64,000 nt of DNA from Candidatus Azambacteria bacterium (GCA_016234725.1 JACRAK010000012.1:10619-74618), one strand, 5' to 3'. Numbered from the stretch's first letter, positions 27,940 through 37,379 are shown. Translations and numbers: made by a program. The notes: a model not told the origin generated them from the letters alone.

Positions 27940-28104
27940 ATTTACCCTCCTTTCTTTGAGTTTTCAGCCCATTAGATGGCTGAAATTGGGGTTTCCATTA
28001 ACGAAATTATTAAAGGACATAACAAGCGCATATATACGCTTTTCCCTTTATGATGTCAACGCCCTGTGTATGCCGCGCCCTGTATGACACTGTATGGCAA
28101 GTTT

Positions 28105-28238
28105 AAGAAACTACGCAACCACTCAAAACATATTTTATCACCCAACAACCCCATTGTTTTTAAAGATAATCTGAAAAACCGGGCGTGGCGGAAGTTATGG
28201 CGGAAAACTTTGAAAAATAAAATTGTTTTTGATATGAT
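28105..28238 (+). repeat. Triplicated promoter element, copy 2
   Basis: About 135 bp closely matching 30651-30786; core shared with 25497-25561. Confidence 0.9.
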
Positions 28239-28264
28239 GGAGAGGGAAATTAAACAAAGAAACA

Positions 28265-28978
28265 ATGAGCACCCCGCGTGTTATATTTTCTTACAATCAG
28301 GAAAAAGATATCAAAAACATTCAAATTGGACTTGATACTGTGAGTCGCGGCAGACAACCAGATAGAGAGCTTGTACAAATTATCCAGCAATACGGCAGCG
28401 CGCCATCAGAAGAAGACATCAAGGAATATTTAATTTCTCGATGGAAGAATAAAAGGGGTGTCCCTGACCTTATCGTAAAACAACTCCAAGAATATTGGGA
28501 CACAATAGAAGAAAAATATTTTAATCATCTTGCAGATCGAATGCAGCTCACGTCCTTTCATGGAATTAAACAGCTAGGCGGTTTTTTAAGTGTGCGTTAC
28601 GGAAGCGGTTATAATACTGAACAACAATGGTTTGCGGTAAGTGTGTATAATAGCACCCTAAAGAACACATTAACGGCAATGCATGAGATCATGCATATTT
28701 TTTTTCATAAACAATGGTGGGATTTTTGCAAAAAACAAGGATTGCCCGATAACAATATATGGGATGTAAAAGAATCAATGACGGTGCTTTTAAATTTGTG
28801 GTTTAAAAATCAGGTTATTGATACTGATTGGGGATATGATGAGCACGCCGAGCTTCGCCGTTTCATTATAGATTGGTTTTTGGAAACGAGAGATTTTAAA
28901 AAAACATTGGAAAGGGCGTGTATATATATGAAAGAACACTCAGAAAAAAGCCCTGATTGGATAACCAATCAGGGCTAG
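28265..28978 (+). CDS. HExxH protein of module 3 (homolog of 22081-22821)
   Basis: AMHEIMH...DVKESMTVLLN...DWGYDEH. Confidence 0.8.
   Translation: MSTPRVIFSYNQEKDIKNIQIGLDTVSRGRQPDRELVQIIQQYGSAPSEEDIKEYLISRWKNKRGVPDLIVKQLQEYWDTIEEKYFNHLADRMQLTSFHGIKQLGGFLSVRYGSGYNTEQQWFAVSVYNSTLKNTLTAMHEIMHIFFHKQWWDFCKKQGLPDNNIWDVKESMTVLLNLWFKNQVIDTDWGYDEHAELRRFIIDWFLETRDFKKTLERACIYMKEHSEKSPDWITNQG
28949..28976 (-). terminator. Terminator after precursor 3
   Basis: AGCCCTGATTGG-ATAA-CCAATCAGGGCT followed by a T run on the minus strand. Confidence 0.8.
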
Positions 28979-29002
28979 TTTGCTGATGTAAAACACCAGC
29001 TT

Positions 29003-29155
29003 TTAGGAGCCATCGCAGCCGTCTGTGCCGCCGTGACATCCTGACTGGCATACGTTGCAGCCGCTGTTGTCACAGGTGCCACCGCTGTTGTCGCATGCGG
29101 CTAGTACGGTAGTAGCCGACGATCCTTCAATGAGCGAAGAAAAAGCGAGCTTCAT
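29003..29155 (-). CDS. Cys/Gly-rich RiPP precursor peptide 3 (50 aa, not in ORF track)
   Basis: MKLAFSSLIEGSSATTVLAACDNSGGTCDNSGCNVCQSGCHGGTDGCDGS*; AAGGAGGTGA SD. Confidence 0.88.
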   Translation of the reverse strand: MKLAFSSLIEGSSATTVLAACDNSGGTCDNSGCNVCQSGCHGGTDGCDGS

Positions 29156-29226
29156 AACAATCACCTCCTTATTGGGAGTTTCTGTGTTTTGCTGACTCCT
29201 TCCCAGTGAGTAGCAAGTGGGGGTGT

Positions 29227-30534
29227 TTACACCACCAGCTCCAAAACATTTCTGCTGATAAGCTCGCTAAGAAAATGCAGATATTTTGCATTTTCCATAG
29301 AGATTTTATACATAGCGCGAAGAGATTTTGGAGTGAACGACAGTTTTTTGATGTGAATGTCTTCTATGAGATTCAGTGTCTCGTGCTCCACGAAGGTGTT
29401 TTTAATGCCACTCGTGTTGATTATCCCTAATGGTTCATCTCGGCGAAAGCGACAAGCTCTTCTTACGCGGAGCACCGTGTTGTTCTTAAGAAGCGCATGT
29501 GTTTTTGGAACCGCGCGTTTTTGAGCCATTTGTGCTCTCATGATCGAGTCTTCACCGTGAACATCGCCATTAAGGGAGGCGACTCGGCAGCCACCACCAC
29601 ACATAGCGACAAGCTTACAGGAAAGACAGGCCCGAGGAAGAAGAGATCCGTCACGCCACTGAACCATTTTTAACCAAATGGATTTCAAATCTTCAGTGGA
29701 AAGAGATCCATAAGCGATTTCGTGGTGGGGGCATGCGCGCACCGATCCATCTGAAGCAATGGCGATGGACGTTTTACCAGCAGAACAGGTTCGCTGACCA
29801 AGGAGGGAATAAGCATCGTCGTTGTCGAAAAAACAGATGGGGTAGGGAACGAGAGAGTCTAATTGCATGCCAGTGGTTTTCAGATCAAGTAGCTGGTCAA
29901 CAATTAAACCGACGCTTTTTATTGGAAGAGCGAGTTCCTTTGAAGACTGTTTGTTTGGTAAGCGCGGAGATGTAACGCGTGTCGCAGAAAATGCTACCAC
30001 CCCAAGCTTATGTGCAAACTCGCCAGTTTTTTTCACATCTAGCAGGTTTTGCTCCATTACAACCATATTTACAGCGGTGCGGATGCCGGCGGCATGAGCA
30101 CACTCAATACCCCGCACGATACGCTGAAAAGATCCTTTTGTGCCGGAAAGAGAATCGTGGGTATTGGAATCATACGATAAGAGCGATGTTAATATTGTTC
30201 GGAGTCCCACCGAAAAAAGCTCCTTTGCAATTTTTTCAGTAAGTAGAACAAGGTTTGAATTTAGGCTGAACGAGATTTTCCTCTTCGAAAGTTCCTTAAT
30301 GAGAAAAATAAGTTCGCCCTTATTTAGAAGTGGTTCTCCTCCTGTAAGTATGACGTGGAAAATCTTGTGGGCAGCAAGTTGCTCAGCAATTCGAATCGAC
30401 AACGCCTCCGAAATGCTTTTATTTGGAACTAATCCATCGTCTCGCCAAAAATTGTAGCAGTGGAAACATTTTTGGTTGCAGCCAGTATTGATTTCAACAT
30501 GAGCAGCTAGTGGAGCATCAAGCGTTTTATACAT
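29227..30534 (-). CDS. Radical SAM/SPASM maturase 3 (PqqE/MftC/AlbA-like) with C-terminal extension
   Basis: CNQKCFHC, TGGEPLL, CSAGK...RAC...CLSC.....CGGGC; about 90 aa C-terminal tail, possibly an RRE. Confidence 0.9.
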   Translation of the reverse strand: MYKTLDAPLAAHVEINTGCNQKCFHCYNFWRDDGLVPNKSISEALSIRIAEQLAAHKIFHVILTGGEPLLNKGELIFLIKELSKRKISFSLNSNLVLLTEKIAKELFSVGLRTILTSLLSYDSNTHDSLSGTKGSFQRIVRGIECAHAAGIRTAVNMVVMEQNLLDVKKTGEFAHKLGVVAFSATRVTSPRLPNKQSSKELALPIKSVGLIVDQLLDLKTTGMQLDSLVPYPICFFDNDDAYSLLGQRTCSAGKTSIAIASDGSVRACPHHEIAYGSLSTEDLKSIWLKMVQWRDGSLLPRACLSCKLVAMCGGGCRVASLNGDVHGEDSIMRAQMAQKRAVPKTHALLKNNTVLRVRRACRFRRDEPLGIINTSGIKNTFVEHETLNLIEDIHIKKLSFTPKSLRAMYKISMENAKYLHFLSELISRNVLELVV

Positions 30535-30650
30535 AACAGCCTCCTTTTGTTTTTAAAGCTCTTCCTCGACATATCAATAATGCACGAGGTTTATTAATAA
30601 AAACATTAATACATTTATATTAATTTGTCAATACATTATGGAGCGGTTTC

Positions 30651-30786
30651 AAGAAACTAACGCAACCCCTCAAAACATATTTTATCACTCACCAGCCCCC
30701 TTTGTTTTTTAAAGATAATCTGAAAAACCGGGCGTGGCGGAAGTTATGGCGGAAAACTTTGAAAAATAAAGGTTTTTTGGTATGAT
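30651..30786 (+). repeat. Triplicated promoter element, copy 3
   Basis: TGGCGGAA x2, TTGAAA-N16-TATGAT with extended -10 TG. Confidence 0.9.
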
Positions 30787-30822
30787 AACCTTGTTCTCAC
30801 TATTTATACTAAAAAGAAATAT

Positions 30823-31695
30823 ATGCACGATCTCGAAAATATTAAAATTATTATTGATAGCGATCGTAAGCTTTATGAAATTCATAGTTTCATAAGGAAA
30901 ACAATCGATATTTTTTTAGTCCCAATCTTAAATAGATTGCCACGTGGTTTATTTAGGAAATCAAGCAAAAAAGCAGAAACAGTGAATAAGCATGCAACAA
31001 CCCATAGAGCATTAGAAGTGATTTATTCGTTTAACAACCAGGTAAATTTCGAAAAAGGCATCTTCGACGGGTTTTTTACTTATTTTTGGCAGAAAACCAG
31101 TCATGCTAAGGCTTTAAGAAATCGGCTTAAATTAGTAAAGAGAGAGCTCTTAAAAGCAATACATTCTCTAAATAAAAAGGAAATAAAAATACTGAATCTT
31201 GCGTGTGGTTCAAATAGAGCGGTTATAGAGGTTGTGGGAATGCACAAAAACGATTTCGATTTTAAGGTATTTGGGATGGATAAAAATGAAAGCGCGATCG
31301 AAGATGCGAAAGCATTAACAACCGCTTTTGATGTTGACCATCTGTTTAGCTGGCATCAAAATACGGTTTCCGGTTTTTTAAAAGAGGCGGAGCAAGCCCA
31401 GTTTGATATAGTAGAGATGGTTGGATTTTTGGATTATGTGCCGGACGAGAAAGCCGTTTTTTTGTTTGATCAAATTTATTCAGTTCTGGCTGACGGCGGC
31501 TTCTTCATCACAGGGAATATAAAAGATAATAAGGAAAGAAGATTTGTTACCGAGGTGGTTGGTTGGCCGCATCTTATTTTTCGTAGCGAGAATGACCTTG
31601 CGAGAATATTGAAGCAATCCAAATTTAAAGACGCAGCTACCCATATCGTATACGAACCGCACAATATCCACGGAGTGGTAGTGTGTAAAAAATAA
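30823..31695 (+). CDS. Class I SAM-dependent methyltransferase-like protein
   Basis: ILNLACGS, GMDKN, FDIVEMVGFLDY, LADGGFFITGN. Confidence 0.8.
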   Translation: MHDLENIKIIIDSDRKLYEIHSFIRKTIDIFLVPILNRLPRGLFRKSSKKAETVNKHATTHRALEVIYSFNNQVNFEKGIFDGFFTYFWQKTSHAKALRNRLKLVKRELLKAIHSLNKKEIKILNLACGSNRAVIEVVGMHKNDFDFKVFGMDKNESAIEDAKALTTAFDVDHLFSWHQNTVSGFLKEAEQAQFDIVEMVGFLDYVPDEKAVFLFDQIYSVLADGGFFITGNIKDNKERRFVTEVVGWPHLIFRSENDLARILKQSKFKDAATHIVYEPHNIHGVVVCKK

Positions 31696-31704
31696 ATCCG
31701 TTTT

Positions 31705-33882
31705 GTGTTCTATTTTATAGCAACGTCTTTAGTAAATGCTTTTATTGCCGGCTTGCTCGGATTCCTTGTCATTTCAAAAAATTGGAGGGATCTCGCGAAC
31801 AAGTTATTTTTTGGACTTAGCATTTCTGTTGTCTTCTGGGCATTAAATTATTGGCAATGGCTTTCTTCTCAAAACGCAAATTCCGCGCTGGTTTTTTCAC
31901 GGCTATTTTCGGTAGGAGCTCTTTTTATTCCCATTTTTTATTTTCATTGGGTTCTTATTTTCAGCGGAACAAACAAACAATACAAGACATTTCTTAAAGT
32001 TTTATATTTCATCGCTTTTGTTTTTCTTTCCCTTTCCTTCTCAAAACTATTTATCGAAGGAGTGGGGCAAAAACTTTTTTTCCCTTTTTGGCCAACCCCC
32101 GGAATTCTTTACAATATCTATTTAATTGTTATCTATTTTGGACTCACGATCTATTCTTTGTTTATTCTCTGGAGGAGTTATATTCGTAGTAATGACAGCC
32201 ATCAGAAAGCAATCATTAAATATATCATATTGGGATCCTTCATTGGGTTTAGCGGGGGAGCAACAAACTTTTTCTTATGGTACGATATCCCGATTTTGCC
32301 GTATGGAAATATTCTTGTTAGTTTCTATCCCTTAGCTCTTGCTCTCGCCAGCTTCCGGCACGGCCTTTTCAACATCAAGGTCATCGCCACAGAATTGCTG
32401 ACGCTCACTGTCTGGATCGCGGTATTGGTTGAATTGATATTAGCTGAAACATGGGAAAAGCGGCTTTTGGAAGCGGGGTTGTTGGCGTTCGTGGTGGTGT
32501 CCGGTATTTTTATTATCCGCAGCGTGTTGAAGGAGGTTGAGCAGAAGGACAAGTTTAAAGATTTATCAGAACGACTGGAAAGCGCGAATGCGCAGCTTAA
32601 ACAAAAAACGCTGTATCTGACGACATTACAGGGGTTTACGCATGACATCGGCAGGACGCTTGATTTTAAGGAGATCACTCAAAAGATCGTTGACGGCATT
32701 TCGGAAAAATTTGGGTATCTTGCCGGCCTGCTTCTCTTGGTGTCCGAAGACGGCAAGATGATCTTTCCCGTTACTATCACGGAGAACACGATCACGAAGA
32801 TCGCGCTTAAGATATTGCCAAAACAGATGCATGAATATGCCGGCGATTTTGAGCATGACGATACGCTATCGATCCGGGCGGTCAAGGACAACGCGATACA
32901 GCAAAGCAATGCCATAGCCGATTTTCTCAGCCCGCCGATCTCCGAAACGCTGTGCGTGACGATCCAGAAGGCAACCGGGCTGAAATCCGGCGTAGCGATA
33001 CCGATACGCTCTGAAGGGAAGGCGATCGGCGTACTCGATATTTTTCTTGATCGGCCGAAAGAAGAGATAGGAGGCGACGAGCTCGAGGTGATGAAAACGC
33101 TTGCAAACCAGATCGGCATCGTACTCAAAAATGCATCGCTGTTCGAACAAGTGAAGGAAGCAAACGAAAAGCTGAAAGAATTGGACGATCTGAAAACGGA
33201 CTTTATTTCCATCGCGTCGCATCAGTTGCGTACGCCGCTCACGGCGATCAAGGGGTATACCTCTATGATCATGGAAGGGTCATACGGCGAGGTGTCTGAT
33301 AAAGTGAGAGTAACAATAGGAAAGGTGTTTCAATCCGCCCAGCGCCTTATTTATATCGTGAATGACTTGCTTGATATTTCCCGTATCGAGCAGGGGCGGT
33401 TTACCATTGCGCTTGAGCCGATAAAGGTGGCGAATGTGCTGAAAGATGTGGTGGAGGAGCTCCAGCAGAATGCAAAAAGCAAGAACCTTTCACTTGAGCT
33501 TGCGGTAGCACCGGAAAATATGGAGGTAACGGCGAGCGCCGACTTTAACAAGATACGGCAGGTGTTTTTGAATGTGATCGACAATGCGATCAAATATACC
33601 AACGAAGGATATGTGCGCGTGGGAGTTGAGAAGAGAGCGAATGATGTGCTTATGTCCGTAAAGGATTCCGGCATCGGTATTTCAGAGGCAAGCATGAAGA
33701 ATCTGTTCCAGAAATTCAGCCGGGCAAAAGGCGTGACAAAGCTCCATACCGACGGCTCCGGCCTCGGGCTCTTTATCGTCAAGAAGATCATGGAAGCCCA
33801 TGGCGGCACCGTGTGGGCGGAATCGGAAGGCGAAGGCAAGGGCTCGCAGTTTTATGTTTCCATCCCTTTGCAAAAGGAGTAG
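31705..33882 (+). CDS. Membrane sensor histidine kinase (multi-TM, GAF, HisKA, HATPase)
   Basis: Hydrophobic N-terminal 270 aa; SHQLRTPL, NAIKYT, DSGIG, GSGLGL. Confidence 0.93.
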   Translation: MFYFIATSLVNAFIAGLLGFLVISKNWRDLANKLFFGLSISVVFWALNYWQWLSSQNANSALVFSRLFSVGALFIPIFYFHWVLIFSGTNKQYKTFLKVLYFIAFVFLSLSFSKLFIEGVGQKLFFPFWPTPGILYNIYLIVIYFGLTIYSLFILWRSYIRSNDSHQKAIIKYIILGSFIGFSGGATNFFLWYDIPILPYGNILVSFYPLALALASFRHGLFNIKVIATELLTLTVWIAVLVELILAETWEKRLLEAGLLAFVVVSGIFIIRSVLKEVEQKDKFKDLSERLESANAQLKQKTLYLTTLQGFTHDIGRTLDFKEITQKIVDGISEKFGYLAGLLLLVSEDGKMIFPVTITENTITKIALKILPKQMHEYAGDFEHDDTLSIRAVKDNAIQQSNAIADFLSPPISETLCVTIQKATGLKSGVAIPIRSEGKAIGVLDIFLDRPKEEIGGDELEVMKTLANQIGIVLKNASLFEQVKEANEKLKELDDLKTDFISIASHQLRTPLTAIKGYTSMIMEGSYGEVSDKVRVTIGKVFQSAQRLIYIVNDLLDISRIEQGRFTIALEPIKVANVLKDVVEELQQNAKSKNLSLELAVAPENMEVTASADFNKIRQVFLNVIDNAIKYTNEGYVRVGVEKRANDVLMSVKDSGIGISEASMKNLFQKFSRAKGVTKLHTDGSGLGLFIVKKIMEAHGGTVWAESEGEGKGSQFYVSIPLQKE

Positions 33883-33924
33883 GTAGCATTGGTTATTTTA
33901 TAAAATAAAACCCATATTAAGTAT

Positions 33925-34947
33925 ATGAATACACTAAACAGGAAATATAAAGCCGGGGTTATTGGCCTCGGCCATCAATCTTTGGAGGATCATATTCCCG
34001 CTATTAAGGCGTCTCCCGATGTTGAATTAGTAGGTGTGGTCGAGGTAGATGAACAGAAGTTAAAATCGTTTCTTGAAGAAAACAAAGATATAGATGGTTA
34101 TAATAATATAGATGATTTTTTAAAAAACAAACAACCAGATTTTATTGTCATTACTGTCCCGCACCACCTGCATTATGAAATAGTAAAAAAGGCAACGGAA
34201 AGAAGAATTCACATTCTTAAAGAAAAGCCATTCGCTATTTCCTTTGAACAAGGAAAGGAAATAAAAAAATTGGCAGAAAAAACCGAGACCCAGATTATGA
34301 TTACCCTCCAAAGAAGATTTAATCCAATATATTCTACTTTTTTTCAATTAATAGATAAGATTGGCGAACCCTTTTTTATTGAATCAAAATATACTTTTTA
34401 TACTGATTCGCCGCATGAAGGGTGGAGGGGGAGAAAAGATTTAGCTGGAGGAGGGTGTTTAATAGATATGGGGTATCATGCGATTGATCTTTTGATGTGG
34501 TATTTTGGGTTGCCTGATTTAGTTTTTGCTGAAACATCGTGTGCAGCAAAAGAAAATACTTGTTACGATGCGGAGGATACAGCACAAATCACTTTTCGCT
34601 ATAATAGTGAAAAGAATATTTTTGGTTCGCTTCTTGTTTCACGGGTAATCCCTCCAAAGCAAGAGTTTATAAATATATATGGTACAAGGGGAATTATCCA
34701 TATTGAGAGAGGAAAAATTGAGAGGTATGCTTCAAATGGCGAAACGCAAGAGGCTCTCAAAAGGGAGCAGCAATGGTCATCAGCGGCGCAAGATCAGATC
34801 GAATATTTTTTGAAGGTAATAGAAGGAAAAAAAGAAAATCTAAGTAATCCAGAGTTTCATTTACAACACCTCGCCTTTATTGAAGCAGCATATAAAGCAA
34901 GAGAATCGAAACAATATATAAATCCAAAAAAATATCTGGAAAAATGA
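33925..34947 (+). CDS. Gfo/Idh/MocA family NAD-dependent oxidoreductase
   Basis: GVIGLG, PHHLH, KEKPFA, QRRFNP, GGGCLIDMGYH. Confidence 0.9.
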   Translation: MNTLNRKYKAGVIGLGHQSLEDHIPAIKASPDVELVGVVEVDEQKLKSFLEENKDIDGYNNIDDFLKNKQPDFIVITVPHHLHYEIVKKATERRIHILKEKPFAISFEQGKEIKKLAEKTETQIMITLQRRFNPIYSTFFQLIDKIGEPFFIESKYTFYTDSPHEGWRGRKDLAGGGCLIDMGYHAIDLLMWYFGLPDLVFAETSCAAKENTCYDAEDTAQITFRYNSEKNIFGSLLVSRVIPPKQEFINIYGTRGIIHIERGKIERYASNGETQEALKREQQWSSAAQDQIEYFLKVIEGKKENLSNPEFHLQHLAFIEAAYKARESKQYINPKKYLEK

Positions 34948-36206
34948 AAAAGGAAAAACAAAAACTTGCAATTTTAGGAGGATCTCCAACTATAAAAAGC
35001 AAGAGGTCTCATTATCAATGGCCAAAGATAACAAAAAGTATAGAGAAAGCAGTTATAAAGCAGCTTTATGAAGGCATTTCCATATACGATAAAAGCGGCA
35101 TCTTTGAAAGGTTTGAGGAGAATTTTGCTAAGTATCACGAAAGAAAGTATGCGCTATTATGCAATTCTGGCACAACAGCGATTCACTCGATGTTTGTTGC
35201 TGCTGGATTCAAACAAGGAGATGAGGTAATTTGTCCAGCTTACACATTTTTTGCTACGGTAACCCCTCTTTTATTTGTTGGTGCAAAGCCAATACTTTGT
35301 GATTGTGATGAAAACGGGAATATAGATCCAGGGGAAATTAAAAAGAAAATCAATTCAAAAACTAAGGGAGTGGTTATAACCCATATGTGGGGGATTCCTT
35401 GCCAAATGGATGAGATTGTAAAAATTTGCAAAAAAAATAAATTACTGTTATTAGAAGACTGTTCTCATGCGCATGGAGCAACATATAAAAGCAAACCTCT
35501 CGGCTCTTTTGGTGATTTAGCAGCATGGAGCCTTCAGGGGTTAAAAAATGTGAGTGGTGGAGAGGGTGGAGTTCTTGTCGCAAATAATGATGAATTCTAC
35601 TATAAAGCACTCCTCCTTGGGCATTACAATAAGCGATGCAAGCAAGAGATTCCCAAAACACATAAATTTTATAAATATGCAATAACAGGCATGGGATTAA
35701 AATACAGAGCTCATCCTCTTGCGATTGCCATTGCATACAATGTGTTTAAAGACCTAGATGCTTATAGGAAAATTAAAAATAAATTTGCTTTAAAAATAAT
35801 AAAAGAGCTTAGAAGCATAAATGGCCTTGCTGCTCCAAAAATAAAATCAGGGGTCACTCCCTCTTGGTATGCGCTCGTGTTTCAATATAAGAAGGATAAG
35901 TTTCAAGATCTTCCCATCGAGAAAATTTTTAGTGCTTTCCAAGCAGAAAACCTAACAGAAGTGGATCGTCCAGTATCAACCGCCCCTCTTAATCTTTTAC
36001 CCCTATTTCAAAGCCCTGAAGAGTTGTTTCCTGTCTATAAAAATAATCTGTTTTCGTATAAACCGGGAGATTTCCCGCGCGCGGAAAATTTTTATCACAA
36101 CGCAATCAAACTTCCCTTATGGACAAGTAAGAAAGACGCAAAAATGGTAGCTATGTATATAAAAGGAATCAAAAAAGTTATTAAAAATTATAGAAAATTA
36201 CTATGA
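34944..36206 (+). CDS. DegT/DnrJ/EryC1/StrS PLP aminotransferase
   Basis: NSGTTA, GDEVI.PAYTF, EDCSHAHGA, SLQGLKNVSGGEGG. Confidence 0.92.
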   Translation: MKKEKQKLAILGGSPTIKSKRSHYQWPKITKSIEKAVIKQLYEGISIYDKSGIFERFEENFAKYHERKYALLCNSGTTAIHSMFVAAGFKQGDEVICPAYTFFATVTPLLFVGAKPILCDCDENGNIDPGEIKKKINSKTKGVVITHMWGIPCQMDEIVKICKKNKLLLLEDCSHAHGATYKSKPLGSFGDLAAWSLQGLKNVSGGEGGVLVANNDEFYYKALLLGHYNKRCKQEIPKTHKFYKYAITGMGLKYRAHPLAIAIAYNVFKDLDAYRKIKNKFALKIIKELRSINGLAAPKIKSGVTPSWYALVFQYKKDKFQDLPIEKIFSAFQAENLTEVDRPVSTAPLNLLPLFQSPEELFPVYKNNLFSYKPGDFPRAENFYHNAIKLPLWTSKKDAKMVAMYIKGIKKVIKNYRKLL

Positions 36207-36646
36207 ATCAGAAAAAAATTGTACAAAAAGTCGTTCTTGCAGGAGTAGTGATGAATGAAGGGAAAATTTTAATTCTTCAAAGGCATAGTGGTGAAGACGT
36301 ATATCCGGGTATATGGGAATTGCCAAGTGGAAAAAGAGAAGCTCTTGAGCTATCTGAGGAGTCTCTTGCTCGCGAGGTGAAGGAGGAAAGCGGTCTTGAC
36401 ATTAAAATTATTTCGCCTTTTTCCATGTTTGATTATCAAATTGAAAAGCCCGATGAAATTCGCGATTCAACTCAAATAAATTTTCTTGTGATTCCAATTA
36501 ATAACCCCGAGGTTATTTTAAGTTCTGAACATCAGGCATTTGTATGGATTGGGGTTGATGAAATTGACAGATATGATATTACTGAAGACACAAAAAAAGT
36601 TATTAAAAAAGGATTTGAGTTTGCTCTATTGTTAAAATTAGTATAA
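36203..36646 (+). CDS. Nudix hydrolase
   Basis: WELPSGKREALELSEESLAREVKEESGL Nudix box. Confidence 0.9.
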   Translation: MNQKKIVQKVVLAGVVMNEGKILILQRHSGEDVYPGIWELPSGKREALELSEESLAREVKEESGLDIKIISPFSMFDYQIEKPDEIRDSTQINFLVIPINNPEVILSSEHQAFVWIGVDEIDRYDITEDTKKVIKKGFEFALLLKLV

Positions 36647-37314
36647 TGATGGGAAAAGAGAGTCCTTTTTTTTGGATAAACATAGAAGGTACAGATGGAG
36701 TTGGAAAAACAACGATATCCAGAAAACTCCGCGATCATCTACAAGAGCTTTATCCTAACGAGAAATTTATTTTATTTAATGAATTTTCTAATTTTGAAAT
36801 AGGGAAAATAATAAAGCGGGTAATAAAAAAAGAAAAGTTTTTTAAATTAAATTCAAATACTCACTATCCTCTCGCGGAAACACTTATGCTCGTTACTGAT
36901 CTAATGTGTCAATTTGAAGCGGAGGTGTTTAGTAGAAAAAGCAGAAAAAAAGTATATATTATTTCAGATAGAGGCCCCCATTCTTTTTTAACCTATCAAT
37001 TAATAAGGCTAAACGATTTTTATCCGCAAGGGAAGTGGAAAAAATGGGTAGAAGATATATTAAGACCGTTTGGCAGACCAGATCTTTCTATTTTTCTTGT
37101 TTCAGATATTGGTGAAATAAAAAATAGATTGATAAAAAGAGGAGATGATCGAGTATTAGAGGATTTGCAATTTATTACGAAAATACAAAGCTCTTATATA
37201 AATTTAGCAAAAAAAGATAAAAAATCTTTTGTTTTAAAAAATAAAAATAATGCCCTACAGCGAACAGTAGATGATGCTACTCAAATTGTAAAACAATATT
37301 TACTGGGGAAGTGA
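36646..37314 (+). CDS. Thymidylate kinase-like nucleotide monophosphate kinase
   Basis: IEGTDGVGKTT P-loop, SDR, YQ, PDLSIFL. Confidence 0.85.
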   Translation: MMGKESPFFWINIEGTDGVGKTTISRKLRDHLQELYPNEKFILFNEFSNFEIGKIIKRVIKKEKFFKLNSNTHYPLAETLMLVTDLMCQFEAEVFSRKSRKKVYIISDRGPHSFLTYQLIRLNDFYPQGKWKKWVEDILRPFGRPDLSIFLVSDIGEIKNRLIKRGDDRVLEDLQFITKIQSSYINLAKKDKKSFVLKNKNNALQRTVDDATQIVKQYLLGK

Positions 37315-37344
37315 TAATTCCATCAAAAAAGCATTTATAAAAGA

Positions 37345-37375
37345 AACAGCGCAATAATTTTGTTATTGCGCTGTT
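37345..37375. terminator. Hairpin between convergent genes
   Basis: AACAGCGCAATAA-TTTTG-TTATTGCGCTGTT. Confidence 0.75.
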
Positions 37376-37379
37376 AAAA

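Noticed and set aside
25497-30786. Repeats as a CRISPR array or integron attC sites
   Set aside because: Spacing is kilobases, the repeats contain promoter boxes rather than palindromic attC or CRISPR structure, and no cas or integrase gene is in the window.
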